Shown: positions 23,640 to 35,928, counted from the first letter of the whole stretch. The stretch is DNA of 54,143 nt, filler included, from Squatina squatina (GCA_031763465.1; 3 parts of 3 records of this genome joined end to end with filler, not necessarily neighbours in it), one strand, 5' to 3'. The notes: generated by a model not told the origin, from the letters alone. Translations and numbers: made by a program.

Positions 23640-24010
23640 CATCGATGTGTCTGCAGCGCGGCTGAAACTGACCATCACTCGCAGCAGCGGATCCTGCACG
23701 GTCGGCGGACTGCTTCTGGTCGCGCAGACTCAAACCATATGACATCAACTAACCACGTTACTGCTTCTAAAAGAAAGCGAATATATGGAGTGTATGATGC
23801 ACGGGGACTGACGCTCATACTCCCTCCTGCCTGAGCAGTAGCACCCCAGAACTGACGCGAGCCCTGTTGCACATAACACATACAGATCGACTGGACCTGC
23901 CCGCTTTCACTGCATTTTAACTCGAATGGTAGGGCTCAACTGATTTCGGATCTAGCAAAAAAAGAACTAGTTGCAGATTTTTTTTAACCACAGCTTCACC
24001 TACACAAAAG
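23640..24010 (+). other. VSNL1: VSNL1 promoter / non-coding exon 1 (start not defined)
   Basis: CpG-rich, TE-free stretch with CRE-like half sites (TGACG), ending in a strong donor AAAG|GTAAGT at 24010/24011, upstream of the ATG-bearing exon. Confidence 0.55.
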
Positions 24011-25552
24011 GTAAGTGGACGATGCGCTGGACAAAAAAATATTGCACCATGCGTATGCCGATTGAAATTGCTTGTTTAAGATCCGCGTTTTAAAAATCTC
24101 ATCCAGAGCTGTAACATCTCTTTACCTTTTCCCGAACCCGTGCAATGCTCCCTAAAGCTACCATCAGTAAATCTAGCATGTCCATATAATATAACATGAC
24201 ATTTATGCTGGCCGAAATATTGATTGAAACAGGAATCATCTGAGTATTTCACTTTCAGTTTAAAATCAAGCACGATGCTGGCATCTTGGAGTGAAATGAA
24301 TGAACTGCAGTTCTTGTGTTTAACGTACNNNNNNNNNNNNNNNNNNNNNNNNNNNNNNNNNNNNNNNNNNNNNNNNNNNNNNNNNNNNNNNNNNNNNNNN
24401 NNNNNNNNNNNNNNNNNNNNNNNNNNNNATTCATTTCCCAATCTACTTTGCTGGAAATCAAAGTAGATTAAGTTAATTTAGGTTCTGTTGATCCCAGGTT
24501 CACTGCTCCCCTTCTACAAAAGTTACAAGATGCTTCTGATTTGTGGATCAACTGAACATCTATATTGGTAGCTTAATGTAATACTGCATGCTCTTTTCTT
24601 TGCACGGTTGCTTTTTTGTAACCAGCTATTCTCTCTTATGCATGCAATCTTATGAGTTAGCATGCTGTTAGGGACACTTGAGCACTATAGTAAAAACCTC
24701 CTCTGCCCAGTGTACTCTTCCCTCTTAAATACAACTCGACCCTGGCTTGCAAAGTATAATACATTCTATTCATACTCCTGCCTATGATCCATTATCCAAC
24801 AGTAACAAAAAAGTTTTGATTGTTAGATTCATTAAAAAATATGCAAAATAATGAAATTGATTTATACTGTGTATCCAAGTAGATTATTAACAGGCTAAGG
24901 TAAAAGGTAACTTTGCATCACACTCTTGCAGCACATTTTAATTTCATTTATTGAAATAAATAGCACTGCAATGTAAAATTTTAATTGTTGAATAGTGATT
25001 AGTCTTGTGTTAATTTTTTTTTTAATTACATGAATTTTTTGCAAACCAAAGTGATGGAAGTCAATGCTGGGATAGAGCAGCAGTACCATTGTTCCAGTGT
25101 TCAGCATGCTCCAGTTGGGTCAGATACAGCAGAAAGATCTAACTTTGGAGGAAAATAATCCACCCTCTACCCATATTCTCAAGATTGACTATCAAGATGA
25201 CTATTTACTGTCAGACATCAAGCACTAGAAAGTCAGAATCTGACATAACTTAAATGAATGAAAATAATTATTTACACTTGGTGCCATCTTCACTATAGTT
25301 CCTTGTGTACTGAAGATGCCAGGTATTATCATTGTATTTACCCATTCTTTTGTCCTTTTTCTCTCCAACACCTCACTGATGATCCTTTTATGTTATCTTA
25401 GCCTTAGTGAATGAAATTAATCACTTATCATTAAACAATTGAAACCCTAAGAATAAAATGTTCTCACACTTGATATCGAGCGCCTGAGAATTCTGAATTA
25501 AAATGATAATGAATTACCTATTTAAATGCTATGCCATTTCTTTTCAGGGACA

Positions 25553-25714
25553 ATGGGGAAACAGAACAGCAAACTTGCCCCTGAGGTGATGGAAGATCTG
25601 GTGAAGAACACAGAATTTAATGAACACGACCTCAAACAGTGGTACAAAGGATTTCTTAAAGACTGTCCTAGTGGCAGACTGAACCTGGATGAATTCCAGC
25701 AACTGTATGTCAAG
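25553..25714 (+). CDS. VSNL1: Visinin-like protein 1 (neuronal calcium sensor), first coding exon
   Basis: [54 protein letters not shown] is nearly identical to VSNL1 and carries the N-myristoylation motif. Acceptor TTTTCAG (exon starts 25548, 5 nt before the ATG); donor AAG|GTATAT. Later exons are not in this segment. Confidence 0.95.
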
Positions 25715-26339
25715 GTATATGTATTACAAATCTAAATAAATTTTGCTCATCGTGACATTATTCNNNNNNNNNNNNNNNNNNNNNNNNNNNNNNNNNNNNN
25801 NNNNNNNNNNNNNNNNNNNNNNNNNNNNNNNNNNNNNNNNNNNNNNNNNNNNNNNNNNNNNNNCTTCATCTTCCTCCAAGTGAGCCAAATAAAGAAAGAT
25901 GCTCAAAGAGGTACTAAATTTAAGGTACAACTTGACTATAGCGCTATAAACATCAACATAATGCACTCAGAATTTTAATGGCTGAATTTACAAATGCGCA
26001 CTACTGGTGGGGAGGTTTGCCTGCTAGCTGCACATATTGGAAAATTATGGAATACTACATACACCATCAGTGCGTGGGGCAACCTGCCAGTGATGTGCAT
26101 TCGTAAACTGATGCTATTCTTTGCTGATTTGCCAGTTCGGTTCAGTATTTTGTTTGGTTTGTTAATTGTTGTCTTCCAGTAATTGTACAGCTAAGAATTG
26201 AGTTTGCTATCACTTCCAGATTTGTTTTAGCCTTTCCCCTAGCTAGTTCAATGTAATTTATTGAATTATTTTTTTTATTCCAATGCGTAACTTGTACTTA
26301 GCGGTATGGAATTTCATCTACCATAATTCTACTCACTTC

Positions 26340-26570
26340 AATCCGCTTGGCCCCACTCTCTGCAACACTCTCCCAAAACCCTTCCACCTTTCCAATTTTC
26401 TCTCCTCCTTGAAAAATCTTCTACACACCCATCCTTTTGACCAAGGTTTCAGTTGCCCCATCGAATCTCTCCCTCCATCTGGTTCCCTGTCTATTTCCAA
26501 TTGTAAAACACCATGAGACTTTTTTTTTTAAATATTAAAGACATTGTATAAATCCAAGTTATTGTTGTGC
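26340..26570 (+). mobile_element. L2 LINE 3' end
   Basis: CCCCACTCTCTGCAACACTCTCCCAAAACC...TTTGACCAAGGTTTCAGT...ATAAATCCAAGTTATTGTTG L2-type tail. Confidence 0.65.
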
Positions 26571-26699
26571 TGCCTTGGCTGCTTTATCAGACTTGACTAG
26601 GCCTCCCTAGTTTACTACAATCTATTTGGCCAATTTTCACGTGTTTTTGAAGGTCATTTTTGCAGATTGGATACAGAAAGGACCCAGCATCAATCCCTG

Positions 26700-26878
26700 G
26701 AGCATATACTTACCCCAAGATAATTCCTCTATTTCGTGCCTGCACTTTCCTCTGTCAGCCAATTCCTTATCTACCTCCAAGTTTTACCTGTCTTAAGCTT
26801 GTGCAGTAGCCTTTCACATAGAATTTTATTGAAAGCTTTCTGGAAGTCTAGTGTTTTCTAATGTCCACCAGGAATATC
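26700..26878 (-). mobile_element. CR1 RT fragment
   Basis: TTTTATTGAAAGCTTTCTGGAAGTCTAG, reverse = LDFQKAFNK (DF.KAFD motif); continues at 27330-27660 beyond the inserted + strand CR1. Confidence 0.7.
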
Positions 26879-26887
26879 ACTTCAAAA

Positions 26888-27320
26888 GAGATTGAATAGA
26901 CTAGGCCTATATTCTCTAGAGTTTAGAAGAATGAGAGGTGATCTCATTGAAACATACAAAATTCTTACAGGTCTCGACAGGGTGGATACAGGGAAGATGT
27001 TTCCCCTGGCTGGAGAGTCTAGAACCAGGGGCCACAATCTCAGAATAAGGGGTCAGCCATTTAGGACTGAGATGAGGAGAAATTTCTTCACTCAGAGGGT
27101 AGTGAATCTTTGGAATTCTCCCACCCCAGAGGGCTGTGGAGGCTCAGTCCTTGAGTACATTCAAAACAGAGATTGATAGATTTCTAGATACTTAAGGCAT
27201 CAAGGGATATGGAGATAGTGCAGGAAAATGGCGTTGAGGTAGAAGATCAGCCATCATCTTGTTGAATGGTGGAACGGGCTCGAGGGGCCTATTTCTGCTC
27301 CTATTTCTTATGTTCTTACA
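26888..27320 (+). mobile_element. Relatively young 5'-truncated CR1 LINE 3' end
   Basis: LNRLGLYSLEFRRMRGDLIETYKILTGLDRVD...RTRGHNLRIRGQPFRTEMRRNFFTQRVVNLWNS plus tail CTGCTCCTATTTCTTATGTTCTTA. Confidence 0.92.
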
Positions 27321-27329
27321 TTTTAAAAA

Positions 27330-27660
27330 ATTTCAAGGAGGTTCATTATGCAGGATCTTCCCTTTCTGAAACCTTATTGAATACCTTTTGCTAGGTTATT
27401 TTCATATGGGCAATCTTCAAGTTTAAGTTAACCAACTTTATTTTACTGATTTTTGTTTTTTGAAAATAGAAGTACCACATTGGCTTATTCCCAATCCACT
27501 GGTACCCACCCTATAGTCATTCACTCCCTCATGGTGACTGTCAGCACTTTGCAAATTTTGTCCCCGATCTCACGTAGCACCCTTGGTAATATACCATTTG
27601 TCCCGGGAGATTTATTGCTTTTGAGCTCTTTGAACTTATCTAGGACCTCCCTGAAAATAT
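27330..27660 (-). mobile_element. Older CR1 RT fragment (continuation of 26700-26878)
   Basis: Reverse strand encodes KSPGTNGILPRVLREI....CKVLTV....L.VPVDWE.ANVVLLFSK (CR1 RT N-terminal motifs). Confidence 0.75.
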
Positions 27661-28619
27661 AACAAAGCCATTAAGTTGAGATGTAGAACCTCCTGTGATG
27701 GATGGCATACTGCTCAGGGATAATTTACAAATATGCGCTCCTGGAAAAGAGCCTTGTCCTCAGAGTGGAATTCAGGAACTTGGGCATGTGCTCCTCATAA
27801 TTTTCCATTCATTAATATTAATCAATGAAACTTGTAAAATTACCTTTGTAATGTCTTCTCCAATTAAGACTTCCAGGAATCAATTGTTTAGTAGATTGAC
27901 CATCTTTTGGAGGCAGTCTTGCTACGGTCAAACTGCCAGTCAGGTTGGCACAAATGGCATTTTACTGCACTTGTGGTGCTGACAGAACATAAATAGTGAC
28001 AACTTTGCAATTAGGGGAAAGAATAGAATTGGGATTTGAAAGTGTTCTTTAAAAGATAATTAAAATTAGTCAAGTGTATGCCTGAATTTGCTTTGGTAGA
28101 ATTTGACTGTAAATTACTCTTGTGTATTGTGTAACCCAGCAAAACACATTTCTTGGATTTTTACTGCCATATAACATTGTTTGCCACAAGAGTGAGAGCA
28201 GCATTTAAAAGCATAATAAAGCCATCCATGTTATCCCTTACTTATTTTGTCATGACTGCCCTATCAGTTTCAAGGCTACAACTATTTACTCTATCTATAT
28301 TATCACAATACTCAGATGAATCCACAGCAATTAAATCCATTTGAGAAGTAAGTAAGACTTGTACTCATTTGTCACCAGATTATTCGCATGTCTAATTCCT
28401 GACTGAAAAGATATCATAATGTACCAGCCACCACTGCAAATTTTTAAAAAATCTGCGAATCATTGTCGGAAAACATTCACAAACACAGTAATCAAGATGT
28501 TGACTAACCCAGCAATAGATAACTAAAAACAAACTTGACATTCACAGCTTCTAATAGACATAAAGTGCATTCATGAGTCAGATTTTTCCAACCTATGCAA
28601 CTGACTTGTGGCTGTTATT

Positions 28620-28967
28620 GTTGTATCTTCACACTCTTCCTTTGGAGAATAGTGTGAAGTAGTAGAAGGATTCGTGAGCTGATTTAACAGTCTAACGAGC
28701 CAGGACATGAAAGTTGCTTCTATGGCCATAACCACCTTTCTACCAGCTGATTGGGTGGTTCGTCCTATACAGTGGGAGGGTTTTATGAGCTTCCATACCA
28801 GGACGAGATGCCATCCACACCCACGCGACACTAGTATCCTGCTGGATGTTAACCCAGAATTCAGAGCTGGAGCTCCAATCTCTGTTCACCAGGACTGTCA
28901 GCGCAGGGTTCGAACACTGAACCATCTGGCTCAGAGGCAGGAATGCTATCACTAAGCAAAAGGCTCG
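28620..28967 (-). mobile_element. tRNA-derived SINE
   Basis: Reverse strand begins GAGCCTTTTGCTTAGTGATAGC...CTGAGCCAGATGGTTCAGTGTTCGAACCC with A-box- and B-box-like pol III motifs. Confidence 0.5.
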
Positions 28968-29140
28968 GTCCAGACATGGCAATGTAAGATTTCTTACCAT
29001 AATGTGGGAGAAAGTAATTTCTCTCTGAATATATGGAATAACTTGACTCAGGATAAAATTTTACCAGCATATAAGGATGGAGTACAATAGTGTGCTCTGG
29101 AAATGCAGTAAAGTTTGAAAGATTGTTTTCAGGTGCCTGG

Positions 29141-29240
29141 NNNNNNNNNNNNNNNNNNNNNNNNNNNNNNNNNNNNNNNNNNNNTTAATTAATTAANNNN
29201 NNNNNNNNNNNNNNNNNNNNNNNNNNNNNNNNNNNNNNNN
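29141..29240. other. Artificial contig/scaffold linker (N44-TTAATTAATTAA-N44)
   Basis: TTAATTAATTAA at 29185-29196, centred in a 100-nt N block; it puts stops in all six frames. Confidence 0.95.
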
Positions 29241-29853
29241 TATGTTAAACTTACACAGAACCTTGGTTACACCATACAGAGCACTGTGCATAGTTCTGGT
29301 CTCCCATATTACAAAAATGATATAGAGGCACTGGAGAAAGTGCAAAAAAGATCAATAAGGATGACAGTAGAACTGAGAGGTTATAACTATCAGGAAAGAC
29401 TGAACAAACTGGGGCTACTTTCTCTGGAAAAGACAAGACAGAGAGGTAACCAAATGGAGATCTTTAAAATTATGAAGGGGTTTGATCGGGTAAATGTGTA
29501 GAGATTACTCCACATTGGTGTGGTGTGGGGGCGGGGGGGTAGGGGCCACGGGGAGTTCAAAAATAGGGGCCATGAATATAAAATAGTCACAATGAAATCC
29601 AATAGGGAATTCAGGAGAAACTTCTTTACCCAGAGAGTAAAGAGAGTGGTGAGAATCTGGAGTGGTTGAGGCGAATAGCACAGATGCATTTAAGAAGCTA
29701 GATAAGCACGTGAGGGAGAAAGGGGTAGAAGGCTACATTGATAGGGTTAGTTGAAGTGGGCTGGGAGGAGGCTCCTGTGGAGCAGAAACACTGGCAGAGA
29801 CCAGTTAGATCGAATGTCCTGTGTCTGTGTTGTACATTCAGTGTAATTCTATG
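29241..29853 (+). mobile_element. CR1 LINE 3' end
   Basis: SGLPYYKNDIEALEKVQKRSIRMTVELRGYNYQERLNKLGLLSLEKTRQRGNQMEIFKIMKGFD, NFFTQRV and a CR1 3' tail. Confidence 0.88.
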
Positions 29854-30589
29854 TAAGTGGGTTTGAGAGGGGGTCAGCAGATAACTCCAGTTCAAGTGAC
29901 TGCCATTAAATCTTTGTCTAAATGGTGGGTGATAGTTTGAAAGCCATTAATATTACACTGCCTAATCTCACTGTGGGAAATGCCCCAACTCGTTCTATCC
30001 TGATGGCCTAGACTCGGAACTGTGCCAACGACTCCTGACCATTCAGCCAGAGACAGCAAGCACCGTGGAGACAGTCAGGGATGGGAGGCTAAAAAACAAA
30101 AGGAGAGTAAAAGGTGGGAAAAGTACAGACAACAGGCAAAANNNNNNNNNNNNNNNNNNNNNNNNNNNNNNNNNNNNNNNNNNNNNNNNNNNNNNNNNNN
30201 NNNNNNNNNNNNNNNNNNNNNNNNNNNNNNNNNNNNNNNNNGGGATCCTGCACCTGTCAGATCCATCAGATGGAAACAAACTATTTTACTGGGAAAATCT
30301 TTTAGAATTTATTTCTCCCTTTTTCAATGTTGATCCAAAAGGCAAAACGATCTCCTTCAAATTGCTCTGACTCAAAAGGTCACTCCAAGTTAGTATTCTT
30401 TGGTGCTAACATTTCCAGTTTACAGTATTCACTAAAACTGACTTAACTGCAATAACAGTAACTATGCCATGAATGAGGATAGGTAACTGGAAGATCATTC
30501 AACAGTTAGACTGCACATTCAGACTGCATGAAATCTCAAGCTTGGAACATTTTCCTGCTTGTTTTCCCCTCATGATCCAGGGCTCAAAA

Positions 30590-30741
30590 GGCAGATTTTA
30601 CAACATTGTACTTGGTGCAGAGACTCTTGTGGCAGTCGCACGCATCAGGAATTCCTAATGGGTGCAAATTCCTGCAGGACACGATGACCTTTGTGCGGAA
30701 GTTCAGGTTGTGCTGGGTGCACCGATTGGTAAAATCTACCC
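30590..30741. mobile_element. Palindromic MITE (~150 bp)
   Basis: TIRs GGCAGATTTTAC and GTAAAATCTACC; inner GGTGCA/TGCACC and CAGGAATT/AATTCCTG symmetry. Confidence 0.65.
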
Positions 30742-30939
30742 GGTATATATATTTTCCCACTTCAATTTATAGTGCCTGGAACTTTTTTCATTCCCAGTTA
30801 TACTCTCCCACCACCCGAGACATTTCTGTGAAGAATAAAAGATCTCCGGGAAGGGATTCCGTGACTGCAAAAACACCCACCGCAGCTGAAGTGGTGAGGG
30901 GCGTTCAGCTACCAATGGACAAGAAAAGCAACACCTTAC

Positions 30940-31048
30940 CTGGCTGAGGGGCTGCCTTATGCCTTTGGCTTTTCTCTTTCTTAAACTTTGGCACAATTCG
31001 GAACATAGCACTTCGACTGTTTCTTTTGGCAAATTCCAACGAATGGTC
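30940..31048 (-). CDS. DGKH: Diacylglycerol kinase eta exon (pre-SAM region)
   Basis: DHSLEFAKRNSRSAMFRIVPKFKKEKSQRHKAAPQP; acceptor TTTCAACAG, donor CAG|GTAAGG; 109 nt. Confidence 0.9.
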
Positions 31049-32129
31049 CTGTTGAAAATTAGATACGGTTTGATTTCTTGTCCTTTATAAATCATGAAAC
31101 TATTTTAATAGTGGAGCCAGTTCTGTTCAGCAAAACCATTCTTCTGCAAATTACTAAGTGCTCTCACGTTTGCCACCAGATGGTGTGTGGGAGTCATTGT
31201 ACAGCACCGGGTATCGACAAGCACTCTAAACCTCTCGGATTTCACAGGTGGGGCTGGACATCAGAACGACATGGTGAGCAGTCTTCACTCTCTCAAACCT
31301 AACATGGTCATGGAAAGTGTGTATGGCACAGCACTATGGAGCAGCAGATCTTCCCACAAAGTTCACTTCTAAACAATTACTCACTATTATTTATAGTATC
31401 GAGCACACGCACTAATCTCAGTACTGTGTTCAGGACTCCACATTTACTTTATGACTTATGGGCTAATTTTCCTCTGCATTGTACTTCAACTCCCAGGGAA
31501 AAAGGGGTGTGGACTTGGTACACCCAATCTCCCATTCCTTTGCATTGGGATTTCCCGGGGATCCTGGAGGTGGAGTGGAATTTGGGGAAAGAGTAGTTAT
31601 GCCCACCACAGTTACAAACATGGAAAACTCCTGCAAATGAGATGGGAGTGAGGCAGCAATGCCTCTTAGCCCATTTTATTGGTGGATTCCCAGGCAGATC
31701 CACATTTGGACGTTTGCCCCTCTGATAGTGGACATTAGGTCTTGCACCCACCTCCATTCACATTGGAGAATGAGCAGGGCCTGGGCTCCAACTGTTGGTG
31801 CCAGGCAAAAGGCAAGTTCCTTTTATTGGGCGCAGCAAGCTTTAGGATTTTGGCTTATGGACATCGGCTGCCCGGCCCTCTCCCGGGGCAGGCTTGCTGA
31901 CCTTCCAAGCTTGCTTCCAGATGCAAGGCTTGCATTAGTGAAATATCTGGGTGATGTGAACAACTGCAAATACAGGAGGGTTCAGGTCAAGTCAGGCAGA
32001 GTGTCCAGATGGAGGCAACTGGGCATATTTGGCTCTAAGATGTCAGTTCTGCACATGGTTTGGTCCACTCGTTTAAAGGTACTCCTCAGATTGATGCTTA
32101 TTTTCCAATGTAAAATAATTTTCCTCACT

Positions 32130-32462
32130 ATCAGCTCTCTAGGTATCTCTCCTCACAATGCACTGCACCCTGACCAACTTGCCAGGCAAGCAATTTGCTC
32201 TAAAGTCTCTGTCAAGACTACAGCCTTCAGCTGCTGAGGCCCTAAGCTCTGGAATTCCCTTGCTAAACTTCTCCGCCTCTCTACCTCTCTCTCCTCCTCG
32301 TAAAGTGATGTAGACAGATTAAGTGAGTGGGCAATAAGGTGGCAGATGGAGTATAATGTGGGGAAAAGTGAAATGATCCACTTTGGTAGGAAGAATGGAA
32401 AAACAGAATATATTTTAAATGCTGAGAAACCATTAAATGTTGGTGTTTAGAGAGATTTAGGT
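32130..32462 (+). mobile_element. L2 3' fragment followed by a CR1 RT fragment
   Basis: GCCTTCAGCTGCTGAGGCCCTAAGCTCTGGAATTCCCT (L2), then DVDRLSEWAIRWQMEYNVGKSEMIHFGRKN (CR1). Confidence 0.75.
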
Positions 32463-32562
32463 NNNNNNNNNNNNNNNNNNNNNNNNNNNNNNNNNNNNNN
32501 NNNNNNNNNNNNNNNNNNNNNNNNNNNNNNNNNNNNNNNNNNNNNNNNNNNNNNNNNNNNNN

Positions 32563-32640
32563 TGCATAATATACACAGTGCTTTATCCCTGTATGTGTAA
32601 CATACACAGTGCTTTATCCCTGTACGTATATACACAGTGC
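32563..32640. repeat. Short minisatellite (~30-bp unit ATACACAGTGCTTTATCCCTGTA..), truncated by a gap
   Basis: ATACACAGTGC occurs three times and TTTATCCCTGTA twice. Confidence 0.7.
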
Positions 32641-33076
32641 GGAGGAAATGTGCCAAGAAACTGCACTGGGTCTCTTTTATACATCTCCTGACAGCCGGTT
32701 AAGAATACATGGTCTAGGCAGGACCAGTAAGGTGGGGAAAAAATAGGGCATGCACCCTAAAAATGTACATTAACAGCTGGCGCTGGTTACCATTCAACAG
32801 CCTGCGATTGGTGCATTTATTCTATAGTGTGGTATGAAGAACGCACCATTTTACCGCCCACCCCCATCGGTCTGCAGACTTGCTCCTCAATTTTACTCAC
32901 TTACCTTTCCATGGCTTTTGTTAAAGGTCCTTCACACACCCAGACAAAGCAACTTGCACCTGTCATCGGGGCTCCTAGTTCTTTGGCACATGTCCAAAAG
33001 AACTCTCTTCGAGTGCACCATCCTGCGACATCCCACATGGAGCCACTGGAATGAGAAACGGTGACCTACGACATAC

Positions 33077-33243
33077 CTTGTGATTAGCTCTTCAGCTGCT
33101 TGGGCACAGAGCTGGAGCTGGGTGACCTCCTCCTCCGTGGCCAGGTCCACAGACTGCTGAGGGTACAGGTGAGGCCGAAGAGCCGGTCTGCAGGAGTCGT
33201 ACCGGAGTTTGTCTTCCCAGGATTTCAGAGTACTCTCAAATGC
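33077..33243 (-). CDS. DGKH: DGKH exon
   Basis: [56 protein letters not shown]; [14 protein letters not shown] is diagnostic of eta rather than delta; AG/GT borders; 167 nt. Confidence 0.93.
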
Positions 33244-34132
33244 CTGTACAAGAAGGTGAATAATGAAAACTGTAGCATGTCCTGTTAGTTAGACTTTTTT
33301 CCCCTCACTCTTCAGCTGAGAAATGTTTGCCCTGCAAGTTGCTGGAAGTGCGAATGAAACTCCACCATTTCAACTGTTCCCTTNNNNNNNNNNNNNNNNN
33401 NNNNNNNNNNNNNNNNNNNNNNNNNNNNNNNNNNNNNNNNNNNNNNNNNNNNNNNNNNNNNNNNNNNNNNNNNNNNNNNNNNNTAACACTTGCAAATTAT
33501 TTCGTACCATCTTGGAACTTGTGGGCACAACACTTGTATCCAAGTCATTTGTGAAGATAGTAAAAAAATCAATGGCCCTGGCGCTGTGTAAAATGTCAAG
33601 CCAGGTATAAAACCAAAGTGGCAACGCAAACTAAAACCATGAAATAGCCAGATTATAGTTCAAGTATGTGGTACTTATTTTCCCACTTGGGAATTAAACC
33701 CTTCAACTAACTCTTATTGACAAGTTTTTCCTTATTATTTCTAAATCATTTTTTTTTAAACTGACCTGCCCAATGGACTTAATAAAAATTGCACTTATAA
33801 CTCTTAAATGCCTTCTACATTTTCCATTTCTGAACTGGTCATAACAATGTCTATTATTTTATTCTCAATGTGAGCAATAAAAATTTGCAATAAGCTTTAA
33901 CAAAATCACATTATCCTGGGAAAACAGACAAAGGGAGGAAATGAGCTGAGGTGCAAGAAGAGAATGAGGCAGAGAGGGCTTAAAGAGGTCATATTTCCAT
34001 AAAGCGAGACAAGGGTTCCAAACCCTTAAACGGTCTTTACCCAATAAAACAGCAGATAAATTATTTTATCTGGAGATTAAACAATGAGAATTATTTTCAA
34101 ATATCAGAGCATCTTAAGAGCAACATACCCAC

Positions 34133-34246
34133 CTGGGCTATTCTGTGATGCTGCAGCTTGATAACTCTCGATACTGCCATCTGCATACTTCCAAATACAG
34201 CCACCACTTCCAAGATCTTGTCGTCAAATGAGGGTGCACCAAAGAT
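34133..34246 (-). CDS. DGKH: DGKH exon (accessory catalytic domain)
   Basis: [38 protein letters not shown]; AG/GT borders; 114 nt. Confidence 0.95.
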
Positions 34247-34679
34247 CTAAAAGGGCAGAGAATTCACAACTCTGAGAAGGACAGAATATCTGCATGACAG
34301 TGCTTGCACCTTAAACCCTTTTCTAATGGAACAGGCATTCCCCATGAAAGGAACTATAAGGGGTAACTTTAAAAATTTGCTCTCCCGTCACAACACACAT
34401 CAGAAACGTGAACTTCGAGGAGAGCAATCCCGTGTTGCGGCCCAAGCCATTTCTCGTCCATTTAAACTAATGGATAAAAANNNNNNNNNNNNNNNNNNNN
34501 NNNNNNNNNNNNNNNNNNNNNNNNNNNNNNNNNNNNNNNNNNNNNNNNNNNNNNNNNNNNNNNNNNNNNNNNNNNNNNNNTGACAGCACTTGTTACAAAC
34601 TTCTGGAAGATTCAGTCAGGGTTTATTTTGCAGTCTTTATAGGCAAAACATTTCATAATTAGTAACTTTCATCAATATG

Positions 34680-34902
34680 TACCACCATCTCCTGGACTGG
34701 TTTCCATCACCTGAGGGGGCCGGAGAGGAAATTTTCAGAGTATTTTTCCCTTATTCCCTGAGTTTTTCGCTGCTTTTTTGCCTCTCCCAGGAGACTACAT
34801 GGCTGCGGGGCGGGGTGGGGTGGTAAGGAAGAGTATGATCATGATGCTATGGCCATCATCGTGTGGGGCAGGCTTGATGGACCAGCTGGCCTCTTCCTGC
34901 CC
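34680..34902 (+). mobile_element. CR1-type 3' UTR remnant
   Basis: Ends GGGCAGGCTTGATGGACCAGCTGGCCTCTTCCTGCCC, a CR1 3' stem-loop-like motif. Confidence 0.5.
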
Positions 34903-35454
34903 GTCAAACAGACAATCAAACAACGGAGAGGACTGGAATGAATTGTTACCACAAACTGGAGAACAGAACTGAGCAGATGTGATGCTGAATAGGAAATATA
35001 TGTTGCATGGCAGGAAGCCACATTAGATATTTTAATTGCTTCCTGGAGAATTCTAATGTAATTCTTTAAAGGGACAAGAGCACAACTTCTCACGTTTAGA
35101 ATGCTGACTTGGGGGGGCTAAACCGATGATATACGGAGAGGACCTGAAAACAAAGGAGAATACAGGTAATACAGTAATGCTATCTTAATTCTAACTGTTT
35201 CAGATATTAGAACACAAATGCCTGTCGTTACAAACCACAAACTTTGTCACACTAAACTTTTAAACAGTCCCAACGCAGTTAGTTGTTCAAAGAACTTTTC
35301 AGATAAAACTCCCCTGATAATGACACCCAAATTTCACAAGTACGCTCATTATTAAAGGGACTTCATGACTTTTTGATGTGATTGTATCACTTCGATGGAC
35401 AGGGTCTTGCTGTGGTTTCACTTGTTTAACACTGTGGAAGATACAAAGCATTAC

Positions 35455-35551
35455 CTCAAGTTGCACCTTTTGTTCTAAGTTCTTATAGGTTCGCTGGAGT
35501 AACTCTTTGGTGCCAAGCACACCATACCACATCATATTCTTGGTCCGGCTT
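35455..35551 (-). CDS. DGKH: DGKH exon
   Basis: (R)[32 protein letters not shown]; acceptor TTTAG, donor GAG|GTAATG; 97 nt. Confidence 0.95.
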
Positions 35552-35779
35552 CTAAACAAAAAAAATTGATAAAATATTCAGAAAGGCACAGGCATGTTTC
35601 ACTAATATTTCATACTTTATTTTTGGGGCCACATTTGAAACAAAATGGGCATTGCCACTGACTGACAATTGATCTCAGGNNNNNNNNNNNNNNNNNNNNN
35701 NNNNNNNNNNNNNNNNNNNNNNNNNNNNNNNNNNNNNNNNNNNNNNNNNNNNNNNNNNNNNNNNNNNNNNNNNNNNNNN

Positions 35780-35928
35780 CTTAAAATCTACCATTTTGAC
35801 CAAGGTTTTGGTCACCTGCCCCGATACCTCCTTATGTGGCTCAGTGTCAAATTTTGTTTGGTAACACTCCTGTGAAGTGCCGTGAGACATTTAACTGCGT
35901 TAAAGGTGCTATATAAATGCAAGTTCTT
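35780..35928 (+). mobile_element. L2 LINE 3' end
   Basis: TTTGACCAAGGTTTTGGTCACCTGCCC...GTTAAAGGTGCTATATAAATGCAAGTT. Confidence 0.75.

Noticed and set aside
31659-32237. 192-aa + strand ORF
   Set aside because: No recognisable domain; runs across DNA-element-like and L2-derived sequence antisense within a DGKH intron
32905-33046. Open minus-strand segment with a strong donor (AAG|GTAAGT) just after the [12 protein letters not shown] exon
   Set aside because: The nearest acceptors would give introns of only ~30-55 nt, and the peptide does not resemble the expected next exon (IC.AA..H..LEQELAHAVN)
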